Shown here: positions 12,801 through 25,967 of the stretch, piece by piece
Numbering within the stretch: position 1 is the first letter of the stretch
Layout of the letters: every line of letters starts with the position of its first letter
NCBI GenBank assembly: GCA_017499595.2
Contig: CM039001.1
Location: 620,001 to 684,000 of the forward strand
Source of the DNA: Psilocybe cubensis
Taxonomy: Eukaryota
Length of the DNA: 64,000 nt
Direction of reading: 5' to 3'
The notes under the pieces: model-generated
The model's database searches: none
What the model was told of the DNA's origin: nothing
Seen by the model: only the letters and a program-made list of their open reading frames with translations
Program-made: the position numbers and the translations under genes

Positions 12801-15800
12801 GAGGGTCCTACAGTTCGGCAAGTGAAATTGAGAAGAAGTTGCATTGTGGGATGGATTTCAACGTTCATGACATCTTCAAGAGTCACATCCTGGTTTTCTG
12901 ACACTAGTTTAAGAATTGCCATGACCTAGATTGCAATTCAAAAGCTTATCCTCCTATAAAAAGAATAAGATTCAAACCTGATCAAGCAGTTGAACAAGGT
13001 TATTGTTTTCGCGGTCAGATGACTCCGTCTTTTCAGCAAGAGTTCGGAGCGTCCTACATCTCCATCAGATATTATTCTGAGAAAAGGGATGCAAAACTTA
13101 CTCCTCAATGTTCCGGATCATCCTGCTATATAGACGAGGACATAACTCGGATCCCAGTGCCTCTAGGACATACTTTTGAATCTGAGTATCTTCAGACACC
13201 AACAAATTGATCAAGTCGCCAATGAAAGCCTCGACAAGAGATATCGGATTTTGAACAACACGCATCTTATCAGGAAGATACTTGTTGGATATCACTTTAG
13301 ACAGCGATGTAAGGTCTTGTCCTTCTAGCAGACATTCGCCCCCTAAAGCTGCTAAGAATAGTGTCAGATTGTGCCATTGAGAGCGTATTTCCTATAATTT
13401 AAATTTTAATATTTTTGATTGTTTTAAATGGCGAAAACTCACAGTTTGCGAAAATGTCATAGAGGTCAGCGGAGTCATGGGGCCTTTTTTCGTAGAATCC
13501 GCGTCCAACGCGGCGGCTGCCTCGTACATGGCATTGTTAATTGACTCAGTCAACGCCCGCCAGCGCCAATAACATTCTTCCCACAACACGACATGTATTC
13601 CGGCCGAAAATGTTAGCATACGAACGAGCTTCCGAATGCGCTTCTGATGGCCCACACGACCTAAAATTCACAAAAAATTTGAAATCAGATCCTTGGTGAA
13701 AAAAGTAGGTATACACACCAGCAACAACTGTGATTCTGGGATCACCCAACTGCTCATAAATAAGATTTCTCTTTGACCGATCTTCCTCGGTCATAGAGGT
13801 GTTCACAGGGGCTCCAGGTTGCCGCTCAGCGTGCGAGAGTAAACGAAGACCTTTCGCAGCAAGCTGCGAGATGTCATTATCAGCAGAGGTCAATGAGACC
13901 AAGAAAGCCATCTCTGCAAGGGCAAATGCAGGTATACGCTTGGGGTCATTTTGAACGTCTCGCATGTGCGGGAACTAAAAGCACAAAAAATTACATTTTA
14001 AAATTATCCACATAACACACAGGGAGAACTCACATCAGTCTTTTTGACGAAAGCCTCGATGATCTGATGCGCCACAGATATCCATAACCTTTGAGCATCC
14101 AGGTCGGACCTAGTCGCTAGCAAGTTGGCAGAAACGCTTAGCAGTGTGATAGGTCTAAAAATAAAGCTGAGTGAAGTTCTTTTTTTAGGTCAAAGGATAA
14201 GCTTACAAAGAAGTCTTGACAATTTCCATCATCAAGGCATGGTTAGGGTCCTCAGAAGAAGACAAGAACGTCTGCTGAGATATCCGCCGCATACAGCTTG
14301 CAACAGACACTTTTACAGAAATGTCGATAGGCGCTTCCCACAACTTTACAGCCATATTCGTCCAAGCGTCCATATCTGAGGCGTCTGTTATTCCTTTGAC
14401 GAAGAACAGAGGTGTAGCTCGCCATAATGACAAAATTGCCAGAATGAGAATCTCCCTGTCGGAAAGAGGTTCAGGGAAAAGTCTCTTTGCTCTTGGGCGT
14501 GTAGAAATCCGCTTCATAACCCCATTATGTTCCACCTCCTGTCGTCGTGTGCCGGAATACTAACAAAAAATATTCAAGATATAAGCTTAACAGGTATGGC
14601 AATGCGGATAGTACAACGCACCTTCAAGATATCTCTGCATCTCGCCGCAATAGCATCCTCAAGTTCATCCAGTGATCTCTGCCAGGGGAAGCGCGGCCTG
14701 TCTTGAACCAACGTCAGACACGCACGAACAGCGCATGTCTTTACTGGCTCAGATCTCTCTGGCTCCACACACGCCTGGAAAAGTGGCGTCGAATCCTCCG
14801 GAGGCAAGAACCTGAACAGAGCAACAAGGGCATCCGCATACAGCGCGACATCAATGTCTTCATATGATTCCCAGAATGGTCTTCGTGTGGAACCACAGTT
14901 GTACAAGGCAACCTAAGAGGTTGTTTTACAATGTCCAAAATATATAGTTTGACGAGGTTAAATTACGTACCTTAATTTCATGGGCGACATCTGGAGCGAT
15001 CAGACGCAATGGTACATCTCCCTCTGGATCGATATATGCCGCCGCACGACACATATCCACCAAACAGGTCAATGAGATCTCTGAGGTCTTGGAATTATTG
15101 GAGACGCTCTTTACGACCAAGTCGAGGAACTTGAGTTCCTGGTAATGAAATAAATCATCAATATGCCGTGATCAAAGGGAGAAAATGACATGACGGAAAA
15201 AAACAAACCTTTTTGCTCTTATGATTCGACGTTCCAAACTGATAATCAGGAGTTATCCTATCAGACATGATGCAATGCAAAATGGTCAACGTCGGCCAAT
15301 TGATCTTCTCCTCCTGGCCAAGGGGAGTATTCGAATACAGAACATCAAACACTCGCTCGGGAGTTCCTTCGGTGCGCCCTCTCGTGCGGATCGTATCGTT
15401 GAACTCTGCCGGAAATAAATCTATCCAGTTCCAGATCGCTGAACGAAGATGGATCGTCACAGCGTGCTTTGTTATGTCCTTCAAGCCCACCAACAAGGAG
15501 GAAAGCTCTACAATAGAGAAACAATGCGTGTAAAAAATGACATTAAGCACCAGCCCCAATACAAATATTGAAAAACGAGAAAAAAGAAAAACTCACGTGT
15601 AAGAACGAGAACTAGACGCTGTCTATCCATCACACAATGCGACAACAGCTGCAGGTCGATAATGTCCGGCGGCTGCTCGGGATGCCCCGCCAAATTGACG
15701 ATCTTCGACGACAGGCGGTCAAAGACCACGTTCCAATTCGACGCCGAGATATGGAAGATCACCCGGCCGACATACTTCGCGATCTGGCTGTTCAGCGACA

Positions 15801-16983
15801 CCGCGTTGCGCGCGAGCGACATGTGCGTCGACTCGTACGCCGTGCTCGTCGCCGCGATATAGGCCATCGAGTGTGCTGTGCTCGCTGTGTATGACTTCAT
15901 GGATGTTGCAGACGGCTGGCTGCGAAGCGGGATTGTCCCTGCTTGCGCAGCTTTACCAGTGTTGTTAGCACTCTGGATCTCAGTCTCGACATGGTTCATG
16001 GTATACATATTGATATCCTCAAAGTCCCTGAACGAGATATCCGACGAACGGTTCTGGTGGACGAGCGGGGCGTCCGCGGGGGTAGTCTGGCGCATGAAGA
16101 GCACCATGACACTGAGGATGTACTTGACACACGCGTCGTCGAGGGGCGGAGGTTCCTGCCACGACGCCGGCTGGCCGTTTGAGTACTCAGACGGCGCCTG
16201 CCTGCGGCTGCTGCGCGACGATCCTGCACCTGGAGGCACTGGCGAGTCTGGCGACGAGAGCGGGCGATCGTCCCGCGTGTACGGCGGGTGCACCCACCGC
16301 GAGGCCATCGCCATTGACAGCACTTTGAGGATAAAAAGCTGCGACTGCAGAACACTGATGTGCATGGTTTCGGTGTGCTTGTCTGTCTGCTGCAAGATAG
16401 ATGCGTGGGCGGGCGAGAGCGCAGGGAAAGGAGGTGAGATGGATGCTGATATCAATGATGGACAATTTTGCTCACCTTGGCCAGACGGTCGAGCAGCTCG
16501 CAGAGAGCCCATGCGATCATATCCAAAGAATCCTTCGAAAGGTCCATCAACGTCTCAATAGCCTGCTGCGTTGGCTGGTCTTGCTCGACGCGATCCAACG
16601 ATAGACCAGAATTACATGGCAGCTATTCACCAAAGAAAAAAGCAACGCGCATCATCAGCATCAGCACAAACGCATCCCATCCGCACCAAGGTCCAAAGGA
16701 AAATTTTTCCACACAAAGCCCATACAAGCCAAAAAAGACGCACCTTATCCTTCAACCTCTTCACCAGGACCTGCACAATCTTCTGCTGGGGCGTTGCAGA
16801 GCCCATCATCAGGAGCTGTGGCGCGTGATTCATGGTAGAGTGCATCGACGGTGCGGAAACCGCGGGTATAACATGGTGGGACTCGGTCGTGCGGTGTATG
16901 AGCACCGCCGCACTAGCATTGGGCGTGCTGGTGTACGAGGACGACGAGGAGGGTCCGACAGATGCCGACGGACGTCGGGGCAT
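6832..16983 (-). CDS. Neurofibromin / Ira1-Ira2-like Ras GTPase-activating protein (many introns)
   Basis: RasGAP motifs LFRSNS (arginine finger) and GAFIFL|RFISPAVVTPE, KIIQNLAN. These are followed by a Sec14-like region (FDIILDCTGFS), a PH-like region and NF1-type C-terminal helical sequence (FAPQLTLDFI, LQYMSPWIHNL). ATG at 16983; ends ...WIPGLITLMIS* at 6832. Confidence 0.93.
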
Positions 16984-19575
16984 CCCGCCAAACCGATTTT
17001 TGCTCAGTGTGTCTGCTGGATGCTGGCGCCGCTGCTGCTTGCCGCAACTCTGACGCCCGGACTAGGGAGAGGTTTTGGGTACCGCAGAATCGGTATAGTG
17101 TGGTATGAAAATGGTATGATATGGTATTGCAGAGCCAGCAGGGCCTCGAGATGGGCGAAGCGAAGTTCTTTCTTCGATTCGTTCTTCGACGTTCCTTTGT
17201 TTCTCCTAAGAACGACGGTTATCTTGGGATTTTCCTGGATCGTGCACGGTATCAAGGTGAAATCTCAAGAAAACGAGGTCGAAGGAAACGGGCGAAGCGA
17301 AGCGGCTACACGCCTTTCTTGATTTCTGAACCCCTAGTCGATGCTGACAAAGCAAGGAAGCGGATAAACATTTCCAAAAAGTTCAGTGGGTTGTTAGCTT
17401 TATGTAAAAGCTTGTGTAAAACCAAGAAACTCCTATGTTCTGTTGATTCATGAACTCTCGTTAGGGATTTTTTGACGACTGGACCAACTGTGATTTATGG
17501 AGAAAGGAGAATGAAGTATGTATATTACATGCTTTAATTAGTGGCTGTATTCAGCATTCAGCGTGTCCAGCACGTGTGCGACTCATTGATGCGAATACTC
17601 GAACAAACTTTGGCAAAAGGACGATGACTAGAAGTCTAAAAGAAATGTTACGCAGCTGCTTGTGTCTTCCATGAGAAGGCCATTGTTTACAGAGTTTTCC
17701 CATATCACGTTTTCTATAGCATGCCAGTTCCTAAGGAGCAAATAGCCAAATCCGGTTAGGTAGCAACATATGAAAAGTTCAACATGCCATTTGAACTATG
17801 TAAGGTTGTCGAGCAGCATTATGACCCATTAGACAAGATGGAGAACTTTCAGCCCGGGCCACAGCAATAGACAGAGCAGATGATAATCCTAACGTAGCGC
17901 ACGGAGATGGTAGAAGAATGGTGAACAGAATAAAAAAGCAGTTCATTGCAATCAGGCTCGTGGTGCATTATGCCTCAATGAGGCAAGGTGCCCCAAACGT
18001 TCTGGCAACTCAACAGCAAGAAAAGCATTCAGCTTATTTATATGGGTCCTGAGTAGCTTGCGTCAGATGCGGGACTTACTCTATCAGACACGTCCATTGA
18101 TAGACGCGATATGATATAAGCATGCAGAGAACAATGGGTAAATTCAGAAAGTCCGCTTCGCAAGACAATGGGGGTGGTCTGCGTGGGCGCACTGAACAGC
18201 CTTTTGGGTATTGGGAGATAGTGGTATTGTACTCACATGCAAGGGGATTTTTATCGGGAATTCTGCATGAAAACCCCGTTCTGTCCACTCCACAGACAGA
18301 CAATAGGCAGCAATTGAGAATCGGAACCCAATCTCTGGTCTCCATCCAGTTATGCGTTAATTGCGTAGTGTTCATTTGTGGGTTCATAAGCATATCGGAG
18401 ACAGGTGGCACGATGGCGCCGTTAGAGGTGAGTCATACCTGACCACAGATGGCTTGATTGACTGCAACGAATGAACGACACTGCAGAATGTAGATGCAAT
18501 CGTTGATTGTATGGTAGTTGTGGGTCGGAGAGAGAATCGGAGTACACGGTCGGATGACATGGTTGATTGAGAAACCGTGACCGTGGAACCTGCGGCAAAA
18601 ATGGCAAGGTGGTGGCGGTTGACTTTACCATTGTTCGATATTCTGAGTTAAGTGTGGGATGGATGGAGTTGGAGGACCGCAAACTGGTGCCAAGAGAGGA
18701 GAGGAATAAACCAATGCCTGGATATGTAGGAAGTTGTTATGCAGAGTTGCAATGCTAGCCAGTGTGATGGGGATGAAGAGAAAGGTCCTCGACGGACCAC
18801 GCACGAAACATATTGGCCTAGGACCATCACAGGACAAGAACCGGGCGGTGGCTTCTGACGGATGACAGAACAATGTGGGGATCGCGTGGCCGGCGATGTG
18901 TTGCGCGCTAGACCCAGGACACATAGAGCATCTACACGCTACGGACCAGCAAGCCTTAGGACGACAACTAAGAGACTTTTATAGCAGAGCTCGTCGGGGA
19001 AGCAAACAGAGACAAGCGAGATGGGGCGGAGGGTGCACAGCCACATGGACCTACAAGCTAATCCGGCGGATGTTTGACGTGTCAATGCGTGCCAGAGTAT
19101 GAGGCCGGATCGCCAGGACGACATTGACCGGGATCAGGCCATTGTTCGCCTTGCTGGGGACATACTGCGCGCTGGGGCGAACAATGGGATCTGAGGAGAT
19201 CTCGGGTATATAAAGAGTGGAAGAATATAAGAGTCGTCTTGTCTTTCGTCAGGGGGCGCGGGAAAATTGGACTCCGCAAATTTGAAACCGCTGCCGGGTT
19301 TATAACAAGTGCCTGAGGGAGAGGCCTTCCTGGCACCTGCACTGCACCATCGTTCTTTTTCGCTATTATCCTCCTGTCGATTCGCTCTCGCACTCACAGT
19401 TTATTTCTTTCTTTTCGGTTGCTCTCTAGTTCATATCATCGTTGCACGTCGTTTCTCGCTGTTCCTTCCCCATCTTGCTATCAGTCCTCTTGCTTCACTT
19501 ATCTTCGTTTTCAGCTTTTTTTGCTGTCTCCTATATCCAAAATCTGATCAGAGAGATTTACACAGAGAACATATC

Positions 19576-22389
19576 ATGTCCAGAGCAGACCAGCACGACT
19601 CGGATCCCCTTTCTCTCTATCGCCACTCCCAGGATAGAGACTATGGCCAGCATACCACCTTTGTCCAGCAGGATCGCAGGCCATCGGTCTATGCAGGCGC
19701 CATGGCACGATCGCTCGCTCTCCAGGAGCATCGTGACTTCAATTATGGCCTCCCAGCCGAAACAAACACACACAATCCCACCTCAACTCTCCCCCATCTT
19801 TCCTCTTTTCCTGTCTTCAACCATCATAATCACCGCCCCTCCCCCCCGCAAAACTCCGCCAGCGCTATATTTCCCTCTACCAGTCCTACCGACCGCGACT
19901 CTCCTTTCTATCGCCAGTCCCAGGCCTCCAGTGCCGCCGTTGCTGCAGCTACCTCTATTGCATCTCGCTCAACCCTTTGGTGGAGCGAGCTAGAGCCTTG
20001 GATGGATGAAGAGTATGTCAAACAAGTCTGTGGTCTCATGAATTGGGACCCGGCGAGCATCAAGGTTCCCCATCCCGCCCCAGATCCTACTACCGGCCAG
20101 CAGGCAAACAATCCGGGTTACTGTTTTTTGACTTTCCCGTCCCCCGCCCACGCCGCCTCCGTTCTCGCCCAGATCAACAAGGGCGGGCCCCTCACGATGC
20201 CTAATTCGTCCAAGCCATTTGTCATGAATTGGGCGTCCTCCACCGCTACTGCATCGCCTTTGACTACTTCTTTCCCGTCCACAGCGATTCCTCAGACTCC
20301 CGCCGCTACACAACAGTATCCCAAGGAATATAGCATTTTTGTCGGCGATTTAGCGCCAGAGACTTCCAATTCCGATTTGGTGGCCGTATTCCGTAATCCA
20401 GTCCTTGGACTACGCAATGACAGAGAGCCAAAGTTTATCAGACCGTTCCTGAGCTGCAAGAGCGCCAAAATTATGCTCGATCCGTCAACCGGTGTCTCTA
20501 GGGGCTATGGATTTGTCCGGTAAGTCTCCCCTAGACGCATATATCCACTCCATTTTTATCGTTTTTGGCAGATTCACAGACGAGGCAGATCAGCAGCGCG
20601 CCTTGATTGAAATGCATGGACTTTACTGTCTATCGCGTCCTAGTGAGTACACAGCCTAGGGTTAGCGCATTTATTCATCTCTAACTATCCGACTAGTGCG
20701 TATCTCACCTGCGACGGCGAAATTCAAGGCACCTCAGGCTATCCCTGGCTTTGACCTCCAGCAGGCTCCATTTGGCGCCGCCAGTAACAGTGAAATCACG
20801 GACCCTTCCAGTCAAGCAGTGACCATCGCTCTGCCTCTGCCAAATTCTACGCAGACAAAGAGTGTCTCAGCGCCTATCGCTGCAGCTGGTTCCTCGCTAT
20901 CACTCAACAGCAATGCTACCACTGGATCGTCAATTGGCGGGTCTCACTCCATCAACTCTATGAGCACTGGCACCTCCTCCAGCGCCAGTTTGTCCACGTC
21001 GGCGTATGCATCTACCGATGACATGATCAGCATCCCACCAGCAACACATATGGGACACCACCAATTCAATAGTTTCGATACCAGTCCCATCAAAATGGCG
21101 AGTGTTAATCCCTTCATTCAGGAGGCTCAACTGCGACAAGTTCTTGCTCAGCAGGCGGAGGACCCCTCCCCGCGATATGTCATTTCGGCCGAGTCCTGGA
21201 AACACCACGCGCAAGCTCGTGCCATCCTCGGAAACTTGATTGGGCCCAACGGCGAGCAGCTCACGTCGACGGACCCATACAACACCACTGTTTTCGTGGG
21301 TGGATTGTCGCCTCTCATTTCTGAGGATACTTTGAGGACCTTTTTCGCACCCTTTGGAGATATCCATTACGTACGTTTTAGACGCCCTATACAGCACCTT
21401 TTAGACGCTGACCTTTTTTTTCGACGTTCAGGTCAAAGTTCCCGTGGGCAAGCACTGCGGATTTGTGCAATTCGTTCGCAAAGCAGATGCAGAGAAGGCT
21501 ATCGAGAAGATGCAGGGTTTCCCTATAGGAGGGAGTAGGATTCGGTTAAGTTGGGGCAGAAGTCAATGTGCGTTAATAAATCTTTTCCACGTCGAAGTGT
21601 TGTTCTAATCTTTGTACAGATAAAGCCGCGCAGGCCGCCGCACAAGCTGCACAAACAGCGGCTCTACAGAGTCATTTCAACTCCATCGCTCTCCCTGCAC
21701 CTCTTCCTCACGCTGTGAACACACTCACCCAGGACCAGGCCCTTGAGATTTTGCAAAAGTTCTCTGCACAGGGATACTACAATGGTGGGGGTCCCTCCAG
21801 CTCGTATGAAGTCAGTGAAATTGAGAATGCTCTCCTCACATTTGGAGCTCGCGAGGAGAAGAAAGAAGAAGCACCAGCACCGTCCGCATCGACGTCGAAC
21901 TTCACTTCTGCTTCGCGTCCCGAAGTGACTCGCGCTCAGTCGAGCTTCTCGCCATTCTCCCCTGATCCGAACAATTTGTACATGACCTCGGGAACTACTA
22001 GGAGAGAATCTCCTTACTCGAGGGTGGAGACTTTGCCTCATCCTTCGAAAGCGTATGCTCCCGGATTTTTGTCCCTGCAACCTCCCGAACTCAAGGTCAA
22101 TGTTGCCAATAATGGTTCTAGTTCGGAGAAGGTCTCGCCGACCTCTGCCCGCCCTTCGAGCGGCGCTCGTTACACTGGCAGTTTCTCAGGAGATTCTGAA
22201 CCTCATACCTCATTGAATCGCGCGCCGGGACGTACCGAGGCTCCTATCTCTCGCCCGTCGTCGGGACAAATGTCGGTTCCCGCTGCGGATGCGGATCCCA
22301 TTCAAGATTTGAACGGGACCCTTGCCAGCCTCGACCTCGACCGTTCGTGGAAGTCTCCTGAGATCTCCCAGGGCAGGGCTAGTGGTTAG
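19576..22389 (+). CDS. Nam8/Ngr1/Csx1-family triple-RRM RNA-binding protein
   Basis: RRM1 (TLWWSELEPWMDE...GYCFLTF), RRM2 (YSIFVGDLAPE...SRGYGFVRF), RRM3 (DPYNTTVFVGGLS...CGFVQF...IRLSWGRS). Introns at about 20520-20571, 20643-20696, 21371-21431 and 21568-21619. Confidence 0.92.
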
Positions 22390-22469
22390 ACTGCTGTCCT
22401 CTGTTTGTGGCCCTCGTCAACGAATGAAGGGGCGTCCACCGATGCTCTCTTCCCTCCCTTCTCTGTCTG

Positions 22470-22503
22470 TCTCTGTCTCTGTCTCTGTCTCTGTCTCTGT
22501 CTC
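22470..22503 (+). repeat. (TCTCTG)n microsatellite, ~5.7 units, downstream of the RRM gene stop
   Basis: Read directly from sequence. Confidence 0.9.
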
Positions 22504-25500
22504 GTTTCATCTCCATACACACACCTTCATTTCGTTCCTTTCCATGTTTTACCCTAAATATTACGCCTCGCGTCGCGCTAAATTTCAGCATATTATTGTT
22601 TGACAATTTAGCACTGGTATACTTTCCTTTTTTTCTATTCTATTGCCATACTTTAAGTATAGTACTCTACCATTTCATACTTCGCATTGTTGACTCGTCG
22701 CCTTTCGCTTCTCCACATGTCCATGTTCAACGACCGCATTCTATGAACTACTTTTTCACGATATTTTTCTTTTTTTTCTCCAATTTTTCTTTTGCTCAGT
22801 CTACAGTCCCTGCATTTCTTGTTTTGTTCAACCCCAATATCCATTGTCCCACACATACAACCCCTGTTTGTCTCGTATACTATTTTTTCTCCCTATTTCT
22901 GTCCCTCTTGTGTTTCTATCCAATGTTGGTTTCTGTCATCGTCATATCTTTTCTCTCTCTTTTTGGTTAACCCCACAAACCAAATGCAATCCCCAAACCC
23001 TTGAACCATGTACGAACCACGAGTTACCAACGAGCCACGTTTTTCTTCATTTTTTGGTTTCTATGTAGTTACCAGTATCGATATATCAATTCCCGAAAAA
23101 TTTCAAATTTTATTTTTTTTTCGATCCCCCACTCTGATCGTTCTAGTCTTCTTCCCAATTCTTTCCTGTTGTTTTTTTCCGACTTTTTTTTTGGGATCAT
23201 TTTTCTTGCATTGTTGTTATTGTTTTAGTTTTGTTCTGGATTTTTCTCTATCGTTCTCTGGCACTGATGTGATGTGATTTGTATGTTATACATATTCCAT
23301 TTCATACCACTCATACCCCCTTAGCCCATACCCGTATCGCTTGACCCTGCGCGTCGTCCGAGGACCACATCATCATTCCATCATCATTTTACCAAACTTA
23401 TCAAATGACTCGTGTCTTTTTTCTTCCTCATCTTTTTTTTGCTTCCTTGTTTTTTTGTTCCCCTTCGCTTCGCATCTTCGCATTGGCTTCGGTTAGAATT
23501 CGCCTCGAGTCCCCGTCTCTGCCCCTTTCGAGAAACGCTGCTTGCGATTCTCGGCTCACTTGTTTGTTTGGTTACTTGGGATCATCGATTTGTAACTTCT
23601 TTTTTCCAGCTTGCTCTACCCTCTTGTTTTGTACCTCTCGTTTTGTTTGATGATTATACAGATACCCCCCCTCCTCCTCTCTCTAGAGCTTGAAACTGAA
23701 TGAATGAATGTATTCGAACGGCGTTGAAATATATCAGAATGTTTATTTTATCTTACCAAGTGTTCCTTGGGTTTGTTCCGCGTAAACGCGACGCGCATTG
23801 TGTTAGTCTCATGATCAATGATCTGTGGATCACATCACATCAAAATGAAATGGCCACGTTCGCGTCAAGGACTTTTAGGAAGCGTCAAGTCATGACGCTG
23901 ACGTTCTGAGTCCAGGCTTGTGATACTATACTACTTACAGCGGTCCGAGGTCTGGGCACTTGCTTCAAAGAACCCAAAAAAAAAACCTAGGTGGGCGGTT
24001 GGCTGTGGTTGACTTGTACACATGTAACCCGTCTCTGTAGATTTCTTGTTCGATGTGCGCTTGGACAACGGATGAATGGCTTGTCGGGATTGGCAAGCAG
24101 ACTTGGATGGAACTTGGATCAACACTACTGTGTTGCAGAGATGCCAGGGTAGGCGTGCGCTTGGCGTTTGATGGCGAGTTCTATATTTGGGAATATGTCT
24201 GATTGGGGCGACCCGTCACGCGAGGTCACGCGAGTTTCAATTCGTGTTCTGAGCTGTTCGGGGTTTTGTTCGAGTTGAAATTCAACTTTGTTGCTCGGTG
24301 TCGTTAGACGTTCTTTTCCTGCCTGCCAATTTTCGCCAATCATGCTTCGCCGTGGCTGGGAATGGGCTTTTTTTGTTTCTGCTGATATTCGACGAGATAA
24401 GAAGGATCGTCCAACGTTCCTCTCCGCTTGAATTTGCGATACTTTCCCTTGCGAATTACAACGGAAAAGGAATCTTGAATAGTTGGAGGAAATTAACATG
24501 GAAGGAAGGCCCTCTTCGACGATGCGGACTTTGCGTGGTCTATCCTGACTTGGGTATTCCCTCAGATTCCAGCGTCAAGTCTGAACTTGTTTCACCTTTC
24601 ATCCAGTCGCGACATCGGCTACAAGGTTGGTTTGCAACCTTCTCCATCTCAACTGGGTTGTTGAACGTCGATGAGTCCATAACTGGATACATTGGGCCAT
24701 TAGGACTGAGCTACTTCTACTTACGACGAACATATGACTCGAGTCTTTAGTAAGACGGTGGTGGCTGGAGGCACGCGAGAAAAACATGAACGACAACCAC
24801 TTGCTTACTGGGGCAAGGTCGGCAAGGGTTGGGTGGGTCTAACAATGCGACCTCAAATCTTTCATCTTCGGTGTTTCACGGTATGAGCTTTTAAAGATCA
24901 CAATTCCCTGTTTGTGCAGGAGGTTTTCTAGAATATCTCTGGTGTGACGCTGATGCCACGGTCCCTGCCGCCGCCACATTGGCAGCTGAAAGGGAACAAA
25001 CCTTGCTTACTGCCATGTACCGGCCGGAATCGATCGTTAACGAAACACTTCGAGTCAGACCGGCCCACCTTCGCGACTTCGAATTCGTGGAGATGACGTC
25101 TAGTTTCCCTTTGAGTGTAACTGTCGACCAGCAGAGACCAGCAGACTACTCTGGGTGCAATTACTCTCTGATGCTCGGATTTCTTTCAGGGACTATAGCT
25201 TGCGACTCATGGATCGATAGCTTGTCTGATTTTGCCCTTCTTCCCAAGGGCCTAGCAATTTGCAATGTGGTCATGTCGATGAACCTAAATGGCCTACTAA
25301 CGGAAATCGTAGGAACGTATCTTTGAGGAGTCACATCACCAATTCTTTCAAGAACTGGATACAACGCACTCGAAAGAATTCAAATAATTGCCATGAAAAC
25401 ATGAATTAATGCCCAATTGGTATCACTGTCGTTGGAGCTCGGGATTCGATGTGAACGAATTCCGGTTCCGCAATGTACTCGATGGTATCACATTACAACC

Positions 25501-25967
25501 TCCTGGAGTAGGCTTGGGAACCAGTCTTAACCAAACACAACAATACTCCTTCAGTATTACGTACTGTGTAGTCTCAGGCTATTCTCCGTCTATTCTTTTG
25601 GCGGGTGCAGTGTCAACATATAAACGTCATGCCTGTATTCCAGGCTTTTCAATCCGTGAGTACTTCTTGGAGACAACTCAAATTTTGCAGAATATTTTTA
25701 ACCCTGCCGTTGGCATATGAAAGGCCTCAGCAGACCTTCATATACGAATGTCGCTTATTTCACCAAATCGGACTTCACAGGGTAGGCGTCCTGCTTCTTG
25801 ATACACAGCGAACTCAATACTACGATGGCAGACTCTTTACAGCTCAATATAGCTACGCCCATGTGTATTTAAATGCATACATATTTTTACCTCTTCATGC
25901 TATTTCCCTTTCTCCCGATATCCCTTGATTACCTAGGCCAAGTCTGGTGGACATCAAACCATTGAAC

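Noticed and set aside
15878..17453. Long plus-strand ORFs (227 and 284 aa)
   Set aside because: Antisense shadows of the GC-rich 5' exons of the neurofibromin-like gene.
17900..19400. Short ORFs between the divergent RasGAP and RRM genes
   Set aside because: No homology cue or coherent exon chain; most likely promoter or intergenic DNA.
22379..23693. Phe-rich ORFs and an RD-repeat ORF
   Set aside because: Translation artefacts of the T-rich region and the (TCTCTG)n microsatellite.
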